Assembly (NCBI GenBank): GCA_027493775.1
Contig: JAOSKE010000001.1
Span: 741,651-805,650 of the forward strand
Origin: Kiritimatiellia bacterium
GTDB lineage: Bacteria > Verrucomicrobiota > Kiritimatiellia > CAIVKH01
Length of the DNA: 64,000 nt
Reading direction: 5' to 3'
This document shows positions 31,684-42,700 of this stretch, one piece after another; positions within the stretch are counted from its first letter, which is position 1, and each line of letters starts with the position of its first letter. The translations under genes and the position numbers were made by a program. The notes beneath the pieces were generated by a model. It did no database searches and was not told where the DNA came from. It worked only from the letters and a program-made list of their open reading frames with translations.

Positions 31684-34600
31684 GATCCACCTGACTTTGT
31701 GACATTGGTCCAGACTGGCGTTCCCGACGTTTCGTCCCAATACCAATAGACGTGAGGACTACTGTTGGCATCGATGACACAGGCATTCCGCCCGACGCCG
31801 AGGTCATTGGCTTGCTTCCACGCATCCACAATAGAAGCGCCTCCGCCCAAGGCGGACAGGAAGTTGGAGATGATTCCCGCCGAACCTTGATTATCAAGCG
31901 GAGCAGACCAGTTATAGCCCAAGAAATACTTCGGCCCAGTCGGTTCCCACTGGGCACCGGGCGACCACGCTCCTCTGGCCGCATACCACTGCAGCCAAGT
32001 GCCCAAGCCGAAACTCTGTGCGCGGTAATCCTTAATATCCAAGACAGAGCACCCAGCAAGGACTACGTAGTGCATATCCTTGTCCCAATAGCCGGTGACG
32101 TCGCTTGCCGAAAAACCACCCTGCAAAACCGCGGTGTCATGGCCACCATGTCCCGAGTAGTAGAAGTAATCCGCCTGATTCATGAGCTGGCGTTTGTGAC
32201 TGATCCCACAACTGTACTCGGCGGTAAGCACCTCCCGCCCCGCCGCGATAAAGAAGGTCTCATCAACTGGACTATTCGGCGGCGTCGATTCGAGATCGCC
32301 GTAGTTGGTGCTGCGGCCTCGTGTTTCCGCAGATGAGCCGCTCTCGAACGCTTCGCCGTCCGTCAGATTGGAGGGATCGGAAGAACTGCTGCTTCCGTGA
32401 TCGATCCACGCCTTCTCCGTGACTGAATCGCTCTCCTGACTCGGCAGGACACCGAGCGAAATCAGTTGAGCGCGCGTCAGTGCAACCCGCAACTCGGAGT
32501 ACCCACTTCCCTGCGTCAACGTCGTGTTCTGCGCAGTCAACGTAAAGTCTTGGCCGCTCGGAGCGGTCTCCGAAGTCTTGATCTTCAACGTCGTGCCGAG
32601 TGCGTCGAAGATGGTTTGAAGGTCGTTTAGTTGTGGCGTGATCTTGATCTTTATCCGGGTGTCCTTGTCCGAGAGGATGACTTTCCTTTCCTCCAGGTCG
32701 GCCCATCCCGAGTCGTCCGGATCGGCGAAAGTGATGTCCACAGAGAGGACGGCCATCTTATACTCGCCGCCCAAGGTGTTCGTATAGTCCGGATGCATGC
32801 CGAGATCCTGCACGAACAAGTAAGGGCGCGTATCGGCTCCTGCGCTGGCGCTGGTCACAACCTCCTGGTCACTGAGCCAGTGGACCCCTTTTTCAGTTGC
32901 GCCCCGCCACACCACCCGAAATTCCTCTTGCGTGCGACCCTCTTTAACCCAAACACACAAATCCATATCCGCCTTTAATCCCTCGAAATAGGTTTTGACC
33001 CATCCCTCCAAGCCAATATCCGTCATTCCATCGTTTACCCAACCCGGCAGCGAAGATTCATACCTGATAACATAGGGCTGGGCCATGGTGGAGTTTATAT
33101 CGTTGGGATCGCTGTTTTGTGCCAATTCATCATAATTTGAGATGCCGTCCCCATCCGCATCCGCATACAGATTGGTGCCTGGAAATGCCATCTCCCAACT
33201 ATCGGGTATCCCGTTGGCGTTTTCGTCGAGTACCAAGGGATTCCAGCCGTTGGCGATTTCATACGGGTCGCTACCCCACCAGTCGGACACCGCGCCAGAT
33301 GGCGGCGGCCAAGGAAATATGTCGCCATCCGTCGCCCAAGTGTTGGGATTCGTGCCGTGGGTGATGCATTCGGCATAGTCGGAGAGCCCGTCTCCATCGC
33401 TGTCGGCGTTGTGGCGGTCTGTGGGTTCCCCATAAGGGTTCAGGCTGCCTGTCAATTCCTCCTGATCGGTAAGCCCATCCCCGTCTGAATCGGGAATGTC
33501 GGCGGAAGAATTGGAGGTTGGGCTGCTTGTATACTGCCAGTCCATCACTTGATCGGTATCGTGCCCGTTGAACCGCCGATAAAGGCTCCTGCCGGCCCCC
33601 GCCGAAAGGGCATTGCTGCTAATCCAGCCGGTGGTGTCCAGTCCATGCGGGTTGAAGTTGGCGGCATTGCCGCCATACATCAGGCAATCGGCCACAAAGG
33701 TATTCGTGCCCACTTCCGCTGCGAGCCGCACCGCCGCTGTTGCGTCATTGGTGAACCGGTTGGGCATGGTGAAATCCACTTCCAAATCGCGATTCGTCAC
33801 CAGCGATCCGCCCAGCAGCAGGAACCGGCCCGGATCAATCCAGGTATTAGGCGGGAACACATAAGCATTGGTATAAGCTGTATCGGCAACCTGAATGACG
33901 AAGCCACCGAGATCCACAGGATAGCGTCCGGCGGAATATAGTTCGATCCACTCCTTGCCCCAATCCGTACCCGACGCGTCGTAAAGAACTTCATTGAGAA
34001 CGACGCCCCGCGCCAGCTTGGGAGCGCTGAACCGGTCGAGCGGATCGGTTTCCTCGGCCAGTTCCTCCGCATCGCTCCACCCGTCCCCGTCGGTGTCAGG
34101 ATTTCCGGGATCGGTGCGGTGAATGAAGATTTCCGCGCCATCGGTCAGCCCGTCGCCATCGGAATCCAACCGGTTCGCCACGGCATAAAACCGGACTCGG
34201 GCACTGGTGGGAATGTTCGCATCTTCAAAGATGCCAACCCCGTTAGTCAACACCAGATTGGTTGTCAGGCATTCCCACGCGTTTTCGATGCCGTCGAAGG
34301 GCGGGGAAACCGGATGCCAAGCCGTATGGCTGTTGGTCAAAACTTCGTCGTATTCGTTGGTCCAAACCACCACGGAAACGCTGGACGTGTGCCAAACGGT
34401 ATAGGCGAACACTTCGGCGGCGCTCGCTCCGTTCGTTACCGTGATCCGCATGGAACCATTGGTCAGGCACTGAATCCCGGCTATACCGAACTCGTTTGCG
34501 CCCAAGCTGCGCAAGACCATCCCGCCGGTCTTTTTCGTTTTGGCGGTCCGGGCTTCTTCGTACTCCGCGATGCGGCTTTCGGTGTATAGGTACGGCTCGA

Positions 34601-35108
34601 CATCCTCGGAGGGAAGCAAATCCAGTTGCAAGGTCACGCGGGACGGATCGGCATCCTCCGGCCATTCTCGGAAAACTTGATCGGTACGGATGGCCGCAAT
34701 CAGCTTGCCATCGGCGTTGAAAACAAGCGTTTCCCGCGTATCGGGGTCCAGCGTCAGCGAAAGCGGATAGATTGCCACGCTGTTCTTGTCCTCTCCTAAA
34801 AGCTCGGCCAGAAACTTCTCGTCGAAGTTCCTGGCGTCGAAAGGTACCACAGCCGGGGACATTGGCTGCACCCAAGAAAATCCCGGCGGAGTCATGCGAT
34901 TAAACACACGGCGCTGGACTTCTGCGCCTTCCGCCAAGTCCTGAATGTCTAAAACCTCATTCGCCATGAAATCAGCGTATTGCTCGGCATCAATTGCGGT
35001 GGGTTCTTCGGCGCGGGGAGGAGGCGACGCAAATGAAACAAGACATAGCGCGGTCAAAAGCGCAGCGATCCCGATAGCGGCTTGGGGATGCGTGTTCGAC
35101 TTATTCAT
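31677..35108 (-). CDS. Large secreted protein: lamin-tail domain, DxDGDG Ca-binding repeats, C-terminal caspase-like His-Cys domain
   Basis: Signal peptide; VVLNEVLYD...EWIELYS...VDLGGFVI (LTD); several DSDGDG repeats; YFYYSGHG...YVVLAGCS. Confidence 0.8.
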   Translation of the reverse strand: MNKSNTHPQAAIGIAALLTALCLVSFASPPPRAEEPTAIDAEQYADFMANEVLDIQDLAEGAEVQRRVFNRMTPPGFSWVQPMSPAVVPFDARNFDEKFLAELLGEDKNSVAIYPLSLTLDPDTRETLVFNADGKLIAAIRTDQVFREWPEDADPSRVTLQLDLLPSEDVEPYLYTESRIAEYEEARTAKTKKTGGMVLRSLGANEFGIAGIQCLTNGSMRITVTNGASAAEVFAYTVWHTSSVSVVVWTNEYDEVLTNSHTAWHPVSPPFDGIENAWECLTTNLVLTNGVGIFEDANIPTSARVRFYAVANRLDSDGDGLTDGAEIFIHRTDPGNPDTDGDGWSDAEELAEETDPLDRFSAPKLARGVVLNEVLYDASGTDWGKEWIELYSAGRYPVDLGGFVIQVADTAYTNAYVFPPNTWIDPGRFLLLGGSLVTNRDLEVDFTMPNRFTNDATAAVRLAAEVGTNTFVADCLMYGGNAANFNPHGLDTTGWISSNALSAGAGRSLYRRFNGHDTDQVMDWQYTSSPTSNSSADIPDSDGDGLTDQEELTGSLNPYGEPTDRHNADSDGDGLSDYAECITHGTNPNTWATDGDIFPWPPPSGAVSDWWGSDPYEIANGWNPLVLDENANGIPDSWEMAFPGTNLYADADGDGISNYDELAQNSDPNDINSTMAQPYVIRYESSLPGWVNDGMTDIGLEGWVKTYFEGLKADMDLCVWVKEGRTQEEFRVVWRGATEKGVHWLSDQEVVTSASAGADTRPYLFVQDLGMHPDYTNTLGGEYKMAVLSVDITFADPDDSGWADLEERKVILSDKDTRIKIKITPQLNDLQTIFDALGTTLKIKTSETAPSGQDFTLTAQNTTLTQGSGYSELRVALTRAQLISLGVLPSQESDSVTEKAWIDHGSSSSSDPSNLTDGEAFESGSSAETRGRSTNYGDLESTPPNSPVDETFFIAAGREVLTAEYSCGISHKRQLMNQADYFYYSGHGGHDTAVLQGGFSASDVTGYWDKDMHYVVLAGCSVLDIKDYRAQSFGLGTWLQWYAARGAWSPGAQWEPTGPKYFLGYNWSAPLDNQGSAGIISNFLSALGGGASIVDAWKQANDLGVGRNACVIDANSSPHVYWYWDETSGTPVWTNVTKSGGSW

Positions 35109-35141
35109 GAGTTATTTTTCGGGTCTATTGGGGGTCTATTC

Positions 35142-35567
35142 GGGTCGAGTAAAGACATTTTCTATTTAGCGCCTTCTCGCAATACAGATAAACGCATACT
35201 CGTGACGAATAGGTAGCTGAGGCGGGCAAGTGAGGTCGGCCAATACGGTGCTGTTGTAGGCGGTTGTTCAAACGAGTTGTCACAGGGTCTGACGACGAGA
35301 GCGAAGCGAGGAGGGACTCAGGGAACGAGTCGAAGCCACAGCAAGAAAGTTCATACGGTTGCAACATGTCTAGTTTTCCACGATTTTGCGCCATAATACA
35401 GCCCGCAAACGAACCACGCAGTTAACCATCAACCCTCCCCAGATCGTTGTCAACACGCCTTTTGCCTTGGCCAAAATCACCGATCATGAGAATTGATCCC
35501 CACTCCCCCGTTTTGATTTTTGGACGCGAGAACACAAACCAAATGTCGAATGTCTAGACTTGACCCC
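35142..35567. mobile_element. About 425-bp non-autonomous element bounded by inverted family-1 ends (copy A)
   Basis: GGGTCGAGTAAAGACATT ... AATGTCTAGACTTGACCCC; interior homologous to 55022-55445 and 63018-63393. Confidence 0.85.
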
Positions 35568-35998
35568 AACTGCTCTAACTGCTCCGGTGTCTTATTTAAA
35601 GCGTTGTTCAAATATTTTATACATACCTCAATTAGCTTTAGTCGCTCATCTTGCGCATCTACTAAACACGTGCTCAACTCTGCAGTGGCAGAGGTAGGCC
35701 ACACCTTTAATACACCACGAACATTCGGGTTCAAATAGACCTCAATACGACGCATCATGACATCACCGCTGATCCAAGTTCCAAATATAGAACACAAAAA
35801 CCTAAACAGATAGCTGCCAGCGTATTCACGCAAATATGAACCGCGCATCTCTCTTACAAAATAACCGCGACCATACGCGAGCAGGGTTATCTGTTCTTGT
35901 GGTGTTGTCGCAGAATCAACGCCTACATCCTGCCATCCATGGCGCTTCTTAATAAATTTTATATTGCTAATCTCATTCACCCGGCTCACGCCCTTCAT
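35477..35998 (-). CDS. Putative immunity protein for tip 3 (3' end reads into element A)
   Basis: Low-GC ORF right behind the Rhs tip; identical to 55470-55877 except one indel at the 3' end. Confidence 0.6.
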   Translation of the reverse strand: MKGVSRVNEISNIKFIKKRHGWQDVGVDSATTPQEQITLLAYGRGYFVREMRGSYLREYAGSYLFRFLCSIFGTWISGDVMMRRIEVYLNPNVRGVLKVWPTSATAELSTCLVDAQDERLKLIEVCIKYLNNALNKTPEQLEQLGSSLDIRHLVCVLASKNQNGGVGINSHDR

Positions 35999-36692
35999 TT
36001 TTTGGGGTTAGTTCATTTTCAATTGCCTCTCGTGCGGTCTGCTCTAGAAGTGCTTTAATCGGATGAGCCAACAGCGTCTTTAGATTAGGCCCATCATTAA
36101 TAAAATCTGCAATACCCTCAGAAGCGGGACCCTCGCCCAGAAGTGTGGTCACAATCTTCCTGATAAGCTCTTCGCTTGCCTGAATCGCTTGCCCGGGAAC
36201 CTTCAGTAGTTCTTTCGCTTGTTCTGCGAGTTGGGAGGCGACGTTGTCGTAAGCATCTACAAGATGCTCCCAAACCGCACCTGCAAAATTATTAAGCGTA
36301 TATTCTCCAGCTTTCCAAGCCGCATCGCGTGGGTTCTCTCCCAACCCAAGCGGGTCGATATAATTGACCGGATCCCCATGACAGTACAGATACAGATTTG
36401 CCTGTCCGCCCCGAAACAGTATGGGGTCTTTGGCCAGCCATCTCCCAGTCATCGGATCATAATCCCTGTAGCCAAATCGGACCAAGCCCGTGCCAGGGTC
36501 ATACATACCACCCGCGAATCCGAATGGCTGAAATCCCGGGTTCGTGTCCTCCAGAACACTGCCCCATTCGTCGTAGTCCATCCGCTGCGCAACGGCGCCG
36601 GTCTGGGCATCCACCACCAGCCGCACGCTGCCAAGATGATCTGTAATGATCCGATACACATTTCCGGTCGTCATCATGCCTATACTCTTCAT
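35973..36692 (-). CDS. Orphan Rhs core-end plus C-terminal tip 3, with its own RBS and ATG
   Basis: TDHLGSVR...YDEWG...QPFGFAGG...[16 protein letters not shown]...[11 protein letters not shown] then about 120 aa tip; GGAGG-N8-ATG upstream. Confidence 0.85.
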   Translation of the reverse strand: MKSIGMMTTGNVYRIITDHLGSVRLVVDAQTGAVAQRMDYDEWGSVLEDTNPGFQPFGFAGGMYDPGTGLVRFGYRDYDPMTGRWLAKDPILFRGGQANLYLYCHGDPVNYIDPLGLGENPRDAAWKAGEYTLNNFAGAVWEHLVDAYDNVASQLAEQAKELLKVPGQAIQASEELIRKIVTTLLGEGPASEGIADFINDGPNLKTLLAHPIKALLEQTAREAIENELTPKNEGREPGE

Positions 36693-36716
36693 GACGGTTA
36701 CCTCCGGGCTTCGTGG

Positions 36717-36786
36717 CGGGCCACCATGGCCGCGTCGTCAATTGCTTGATGGGCATTTTTACCCGCCCTTCATGTTATCTGACCCC
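36717..36786 (+). repeat. Family-2 element fragment ending ATCTGACCCC
   Basis: CGGGCCACCATGGCCGCG...CAATTGCTTGATGGGCATTTT is shared with 59481-59523. Confidence 0.7.
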
Positions 36787-36804
36787 GTTTGCCTGCTACG
36801 ACAA

Positions 36805-36861
36805 TCACCCTCGCGATACCGAAATTTATCCGCGTCCCAAGAGGTTCATGAATAATCCGGG
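36805..36861 (+). mobile_element. Isolated right end of an IS1380 element
   Basis: ...GCGTCCCAAGAGGTTCATGAATAATCCGGG, as at 25395 and 54072. Confidence 0.8.
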
Positions 36862-36904
36862 CTAACCGCCTTTCATGCTATCTGACCCCTATTCCCTGAC
36901 CCCA
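36862..36904 (+). repeat. Family-2 right end with duplicated CTGACCCC
   Basis: CTAACCGCCTTTCATGCTATCTGACCCC tattcc CTGACCCC. Confidence 0.85.
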
Positions 36905-36905
36905 A

Positions 36906-37619
36906 CTACTCCATCCCGTTCATCTCCCCTTGGCCATTACTGATGATCGCTTCGAACCACGATAGGTAATTCATAATGCCATGGCAGGCAATGGCAGGAT
37001 ATAGACTCTTATAGCGGTCATAAATCACTGTAATTGAAAAGATGAATATAACTCGAACAAGAAAACTCCGTACACTTGTTGTCGATGATAAGTGCATCAC
37101 CGAGTGTAGTAACGTAACAATTATCATACTCAGTGTTCTTCCCCAACGATCTCGCAAGGCTTGATAGATCATGCCTCGGTAAAGCATTTCTTCAGCAATA
37201 GGTGATGCCAATACACTGGTAAACCCGCGAACGGTTGTCAGCAGTATTACGCTTTTTATAAAGTGCTCGCCGGTGGAATCAAAAAGTATTGGGATCCTTA
37301 TAGCTGATGGAGAAACGACAACGTGTACAGTCAAGTATATGGCAAGACCAAGCACACCACCACGAATTAGGCCGCGACTGCGCTGCTCCCGCGTGAATCC
37401 AAGCAAATCCCACGTCGCAGAATGTCGGCGGAGTATTGTGCCGACTCCGACAAGGACCGCTACATCGTAAAGGAAAACGGCAACGTAGGGATTGTGTCGT
37501 AGTGAATTGCTGAAACAAACTGCGGTCCCTATCGTAACAACCAGCGCAAACGTCCACACAAAGGCGCAGTCACGTACAGACCATGGGACGCGATCGCCTG
37601 AGTGCGGAGTCGCGTTCAT
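36906..37619 (-). CDS. CPBP/CAAX (Abi) intramembrane metalloprotease, putative immunity for tip 2
   Basis: PIAEEMLYRG, HSVMH, SLYPAIACHGIMN; ATGA overlap with the Rhs stop; low GC. Confidence 0.85.
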   Translation of the reverse strand: MNATPHSGDRVPWSVRDCAFVWTFALVVTIGTAVCFSNSLRHNPYVAVFLYDVAVLVGVGTILRRHSATWDLLGFTREQRSRGLIRGGVLGLAIYLTVHVVVSPSAIRIPILFDSTGEHFIKSVILLTTVRGFTSVLASPIAEEMLYRGMIYQALRDRWGRTLSMIIVTLLHSVMHLSSTTSVRSFLVRVIFIFSITVIYDRYKSLYPAIACHGIMNYLSWFEAIISNGQGEMNGME

Positions 37620-39379
37620 TCATCCCCGAAATCCGGTTGGGTAAAGGAATCCAGAATGGGAGTGATTATATTCAACATGTCCACAGCTTGGTCTCCAGTC
37701 GCGGACGGGAGGCTGTCACGATACTCCTGGTATTGCTGATAGAAACCGAATGGAACACAGTCTGTGACATCCTTCCATGCATCGCAAAGACCTTTTCTTA
37801 CCTTGTCAATGGTGTCATCAATAAGATGGTAAATGATTTCAATTTCCTTTTTTGTCGAATCTATAATAATTTCTTGTATATCTTGAAAAAACAATTTAAC
37901 TTCTTCCCCTGTACCGTACGGATCAAATTTATTGACAGGATCGTTTCCAATATATACGTATAAATTCGCTTGTCCTCCCCGGAATAAAATAGGATCTTTA
38001 GCGAGCCAGCGACCCGTCGTTGGGTCATAATCCCGATAGCCGAACCGCGTCAGCCCGGTATCCGGATCGTACAGTCCACCCGCGAACCCGAACGGCTGAA
38101 AGCCCGGATTGCTGTCCTGTAGGACGTTCCCCCATTCGTCGTAGTCCAAGCGTTGCACCACATCGCCGCTGGCAACATCAATGACCAGCCGTACGCTCCC
38201 CAAGTGGTCCGTAATGATCCGATACACATTTCCGGTCGTCACCATATAGTCCGGCACATTTACCCTGGTGGCGTACACAAATCTGGCAACTACTTGATTA
38301 TTTGAGTTGACCTCCGCCGCCGGCGTCAGAAAGCCTTGATATACCCACCCTTTATTCAACACACCATTAACCTTCTTGCCCACGCGCCGCCCCAGCGGAT
38401 CCAAGAGATATTCGTATGTATTGGTCCCAACCCGTACCTCCATCAGGCTGCCCCGCGTATCATACCGCGTGGCTCGCGTCGGAACTGCTCCATACATATT
38501 GGTCACCTGACCGTTCGCATTGTACTGGTACTGAATCAGACCCCAGAAGCTGGCCGTCAGCCGATCCTGGGCATCGTATTGATATGTTCTCGATGATCCC
38601 GCAATCCAGCTATTAGTCCGGTTTCCATTGGCGTCATACCAGTACCGCGCGCGCAGGCTTCCATTGGTGTACACCTCGTGGAGTCGCCCCACGGAATCAT
38701 ACACATAGGCGTAATTGTTTGTGACGCCCTCGATTCTCTCCAACCGATTCGTGATCCGTCCCAGCTTGTCGTATGAGTAGTCCACGCCGTAATAGACGTA
38801 ATCGTTGTCGAATACAGCTTCGTATGAACTCATCTCTCCGAGGGCATTGTACTTCCGGCGGTCACCGATATCGCCGACGACGGCATTGGTCAACCAGCCG
38901 CTAACCGTATCGCGATATAGCGTCATCGTCCCTGCATTCGTCAACAATCCGTCCAGGTCATACCCATACGCAACCGCGCTACCGCCCAACTCGACGCTCG
39001 AAATCCGAAAGTCGTTGTTGTAGCTGTAGCTCATGCGCCCAGTGATTACACCGCTTTGCGTCAGGTTCGTCAACAGTCCTCCGTCATAACCGAAGATCAA
39101 GCTTGCCCCGTTGGTCGCGTAGATGCCGCCCAACCGCCCCCGTGCGAGTGCGTAAGCCGAGCATGGGGGCTTGGGGTCTGATCCCGCGCGCGCCGCACGC
39201 ATCGCAGGAGACATGCCAGTGCGTCGTCGCGCTGGCGCGGCTCCTGGGCGCGCGCGTCCGCCTGTGGCGAGCTTGTCGAGCCAGCGCGAGTGAGCGTACG
39301 CGAACGAGCATAACGAGCGACCAACGGGAGCGAGTAGCTCCGAGGGCCGCGCCAGCGGCCCGAGGCAAGAGACAATCAC
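37616..39379 (-). CDS. Orphan YD/Rhs module with tip 2 (Rhs homology starts about 39140)
   Basis: GRLGGIYATNGASLIFGY... nearly identical to 41345 downward; ends DPVNKFDPYGT plus an acidic tip of about 97 aa; the first ~80 codons are GC-rich repeat DNA. Confidence 0.85.
   Translation of the reverse strand: MIVSCLGPLARPSELLAPVGRSLCSFAYAHSRWLDKLATGGRARPGAAPARRRTGMSPAMRAARAGSDPKPPCSAYALARGRLGGIYATNGASLIFGYDGGLLTNLTQSGVITGRMSYSYNNDFRISSVELGGSAVAYGYDLDGLLTNAGTMTLYRDTVSGWLTNAVVGDIGDRRKYNALGEMSSYEAVFDNDYVYYGVDYSYDKLGRITNRLERIEGVTNNYAYVYDSVGRLHEVYTNGSLRARYWYDANGNRTNSWIAGSSRTYQYDAQDRLTASFWGLIQYQYNANGQVTNMYGAVPTRATRYDTRGSLMEVRVGTNTYEYLLDPLGRRVGKKVNGVLNKGWVYQGFLTPAAEVNSNNQVVARFVYATRVNVPDYMVTTGNVYRIITDHLGSVRLVIDVASGDVVQRLDYDEWGNVLQDSNPGFQPFGFAGGLYDPDTGLTRFGYRDYDPTTGRWLAKDPILFRGGQANLYVYIGNDPVNKFDPYGTGEEVKLFFQDIQEIIIDSTKKEIEIIYHLIDDTIDKVRKGLCDAWKDVTDCVPFGFYQQYQEYRDSLPSATGDQAVDMLNIITPILDSFTQPDFGDE
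39314..39368. repeat. GC-rich hairpin repeat downstream of an immunity-like gene (copy 2)
   Basis: GCGAGTAGCTCCGAGGGCCGCGCCAGCGGCCCGAGGCAA, 7-bp stem. Confidence 0.65.
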
Positions 39380-39762
39380 CTAGCGCCAAGCGTAACATTC
39401 AAGGGCAAGACGGTGAACGCGGCAAAAACGACTGCAAGAATAACCAATAGAATGCCCGCGACTCGCAATGTGGCACTGTAATCGTGCGCGAAATGAATGC
39501 GCTGATTGACAACCCACAATAGAATTGACGCGGCCGCCAACACCCAAGGCAGGCACCACCAGACAGGCTGCATCACGTACAGCGAACCGGCCTTTTCTTC
39601 ATAAATTTCCAAAAGAAAAGGCCGAAGGCCGCGGACGAGAAACGCACACCCCAGCCAGAGCAACAACCCAAGAAAGGCAGAAGTCGAAATTGTTTGAATG
39701 TGTTTCAATGCGCGCTTCACAAAGTTACTTCTGTGGAGGATCGGGATCTGGTTTCTTGCCAC
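39376..39762 (-). CDS. Small 3-TM membrane protein, putative immunity for tip 1
   Basis: Directly behind the full-length YD gene; three hydrophobic segments; true start may be GTG at 39720. Confidence 0.65.
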   Translation of the reverse strand: MARNQIPILHRSNFVKRALKHIQTISTSAFLGLLLWLGCAFLVRGLRPFLLEIYEEKAGSLYVMQPVWWCLPWVLAAASILLWVVNQRIHFAHDYSATLRVAGILLVILAVVFAAFTVLPLNVTLGAR

Positions 39763-42700
39763 ATCCTTGATCCTTCATTTGGTCCAGAATCCAGTCGATC
39801 AATCGTTGGTGCCGCCACACTTCGATCATTCCCCAGTAATTCCACTTATTGCCAGGCTGATCCAAAACAGCATCATCAACCTTATTCGCGATTTGGCCCA
39901 TAAGGTGGGCAAAACCTCCAAGAATAGATTCGCCGATGCTTTTCTCGAATTCGTTGATCACAGGGTCGGGGTGTCCAGAGGCGGGATTACCCGCTTGATA
40001 GCCTCCGACTTGGCTCGGCGGAACCCCCTGTTGTGCAACCTGCATCGCAATCGCTTGGCCTTCCTGGGCAAGACCAAGTGCGGTCTGCAATTCTTCGCAA
40101 GTGTAAAGGCCCCAGGGATCGATGTAGTTGATCGGGTCGCCGTAACAGTAAGCGTAGAGGTTCCAACCTCCTCTAAACAGGATGGGGTCTTTAGCGAGCC
40201 ACCTTCCAGTCATCGGATCATAATCGCGGTATCCGAACCGCGTCAGCCCGGTATCCGGGTCATACAGACCTCCCGCAAACCCGAACGGTTGGAATCCGGG
40301 GTTGGTGTCCTGCAACACGTTCCCCCACTCGTCGTAGTCCAACCGCTGAACCACCTCTCCGCTATCAACCTCAATGACCAGCCGCACGCTGCCCAAGTGG
40401 TCCGTGATGATCCGATACACATTCCCCGTCGTCTGCATGAAGTCCGGCACGTTTACCCGCGTCGCATACACGAACCGCGCCCGCAGGCTCCCGTCTGCGT
40501 TCAGTTCTGCGATCGGCCGCAGAAACGACTGGTAAATCCAGCCCCGCTCAAATTGGCCATTGACCTTCTTCCCAATGCGCCGCCCCAATGGATCGAGCAG
40601 GTATTCGATATCCGTTCCGTCGGGCAGTCCGACGAACGCCAAGCTGCCCCGCAGGTCGTAGTCATACGTGATGGTATCCCCGGAATTCGTGCTGAACTCG
40701 TCCACTGAAAAGTTCAACCAGCCGTTTGCGTGAAAATAGTTGGTCACCCCGCTGTACGAGGTCAACTGGTCCTGCTCGTTATACGTCCACTGGCGCGTCT
40801 GCCCCATCACCCAACTGCCGGTCCGGTTTCCATTCGCGTCATACCAGTACCGCGCACGCAGGCTTCCATTGGTGTACACCTCGTGGAGACGCCCAACAGA
40901 ATCATACACGTACGCATAGTTGTTTGTGGCGCCCTCGATTCTCTCCATCCGGTTCGTAATCCGCCCCAGTTTGTCGTATGAGTAGTCCACGCCGTAATAA
41001 ACGTAATCGTTGTCAAATACAGCTTCGTATGAACTCATTTCGCCAAAGCCATTGTACTGCCGCCGGTCGCTGATGTCGCCGACGACTGCGTTGGTCAGCC
41101 ATCCGCTCGCCGCGTCGCGGTACAACCTCATCCCTCCCGCATTCGTCAATAACCCGTCCGCGTCGTAGTTGTAGGCCGCGACGTTGCCACCGAATCCGAT
41201 CCCCGCCACCCGAAAGTCGTTGTTGTAGCTGTAGCTCATGCGGCCGGTGATTACACCGCTTTGCGTCAGGTTCGTCAATAGTCCTCCGTCATAACCGAAG
41301 ATCAAGCTCGCTCCATTGGTCGCGTAAATCCCGCCCAACCGCCCGCAGGCGCAGTCATAGACGTTGGTCACTTTGTTTTCCGGCCACTGAACACCAACCA
41401 GGAAGCCAGCCTGATTGTATTCGTTGGTGATTACGCGTCCATCAGGATACGAAATGCTCGTGAGATGGCGCGCTTCGTCCCAGGTCATCAACATGTTTGT
41501 CGGTCCGCCGACCGAAGGCGAGGAATAACGATCCAACAACCCCACGGCGGTGTAGCCCAACGTGTGCTCTGTCCTACCGGGCGGCGTTACCCCAATCGGG
41601 GCGGTTGTCGGCTGGGGTCTCAACCCGATTACAGAACTGTCGGGCAGCACAACATTCGTCACACGTCCAATAGCGTCTCCCCGCAACAATACCGATTCGT
41701 CCAATGCGTTGGTAAACGCAGCCCGAAAACCGTTTGTAGCATAGGCCAGATGCACGACCCGATTAGACTGTTGAATTTTACTCATACGGCCATAAACGTC
41801 ATAATCTACCGTCACAGGAATGATGCCGGGCATATTCCATTGAACGGGCCGCCACTGCGAATCGAATTCGACTGCGCTCGTCTTCCCCATCGGCGAAACA
41901 CTCTGTAGCGTACGATCAATGGAGCTGAAAACAACCTGTGAAGTCCGTCCATTTACCGTGATCCAGTTTGTAAACGAGAGCAGTTGGCTTGCCGGGTTGG
42001 TTGGAACGAGAAGCGAATATGACCTGCCGATGCGGATGTCGTTCGTCAATCCAGCAGGCGTACGCACCACAATTTGCGTCTCAACCATAACGGAGGAACC
42101 GAAGCGAGGATCAGCAACCGATCGGGTTAAGGTCACCATCCCATTGGGGCTGGTGACCTCGGAGGTCAGCCCGTCGGAACTGGTTCTGGTTCTCGTCACG
42201 GCGCCGGCTGAATTGATTGCTTCATCAACGCGGTCTCCATTCCAATCCGTAGATGAATTATAAACATTTGTCCGATTCAGCGAGTACGTATGTACAATAC
42301 TTTTTCGGTTATATACATTCGCTAGAGTCACCGCATCGAAGCCACCCGCCGGATCTTCCGCCCGCATGGCCTTGCCTTCGGCATCATAGGTGACCGCATA
42401 AACAAATCCTCGGCGCGAAACGATATTGGTGAGCAAACCCGATTCCGAGTATCGGAACAAGTTGGTTTCGCCGGCAGGATTAACCAATCCGGCGAGCCAC
42501 TCATTGCTGACAACAAGATCGGTCTTTAGCCCGAATGGCCCTATAATGGCGGTTACCTGCCCATTGGTCATTCTCACCAGCGTTGTGGTCAGGCTGTTTG
42601 CGTCAACGACCTCCGTCAACAGATTGTTCGTGTCGTACACGAACGTATAAATATCTGCTCCGGTCAGCGCATCGACCGTTCGTAAATGCCGCCCATCCGG

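Noticed and set aside
35125..35394. Conserved small protein MAQNRGKLDMLQ...CCGFD in the ~400-bp element
   Set aside because: Frame-shifting indels and many non-synonymous changes between copies argue against a selected protein; kept only as a possible start-codon donor
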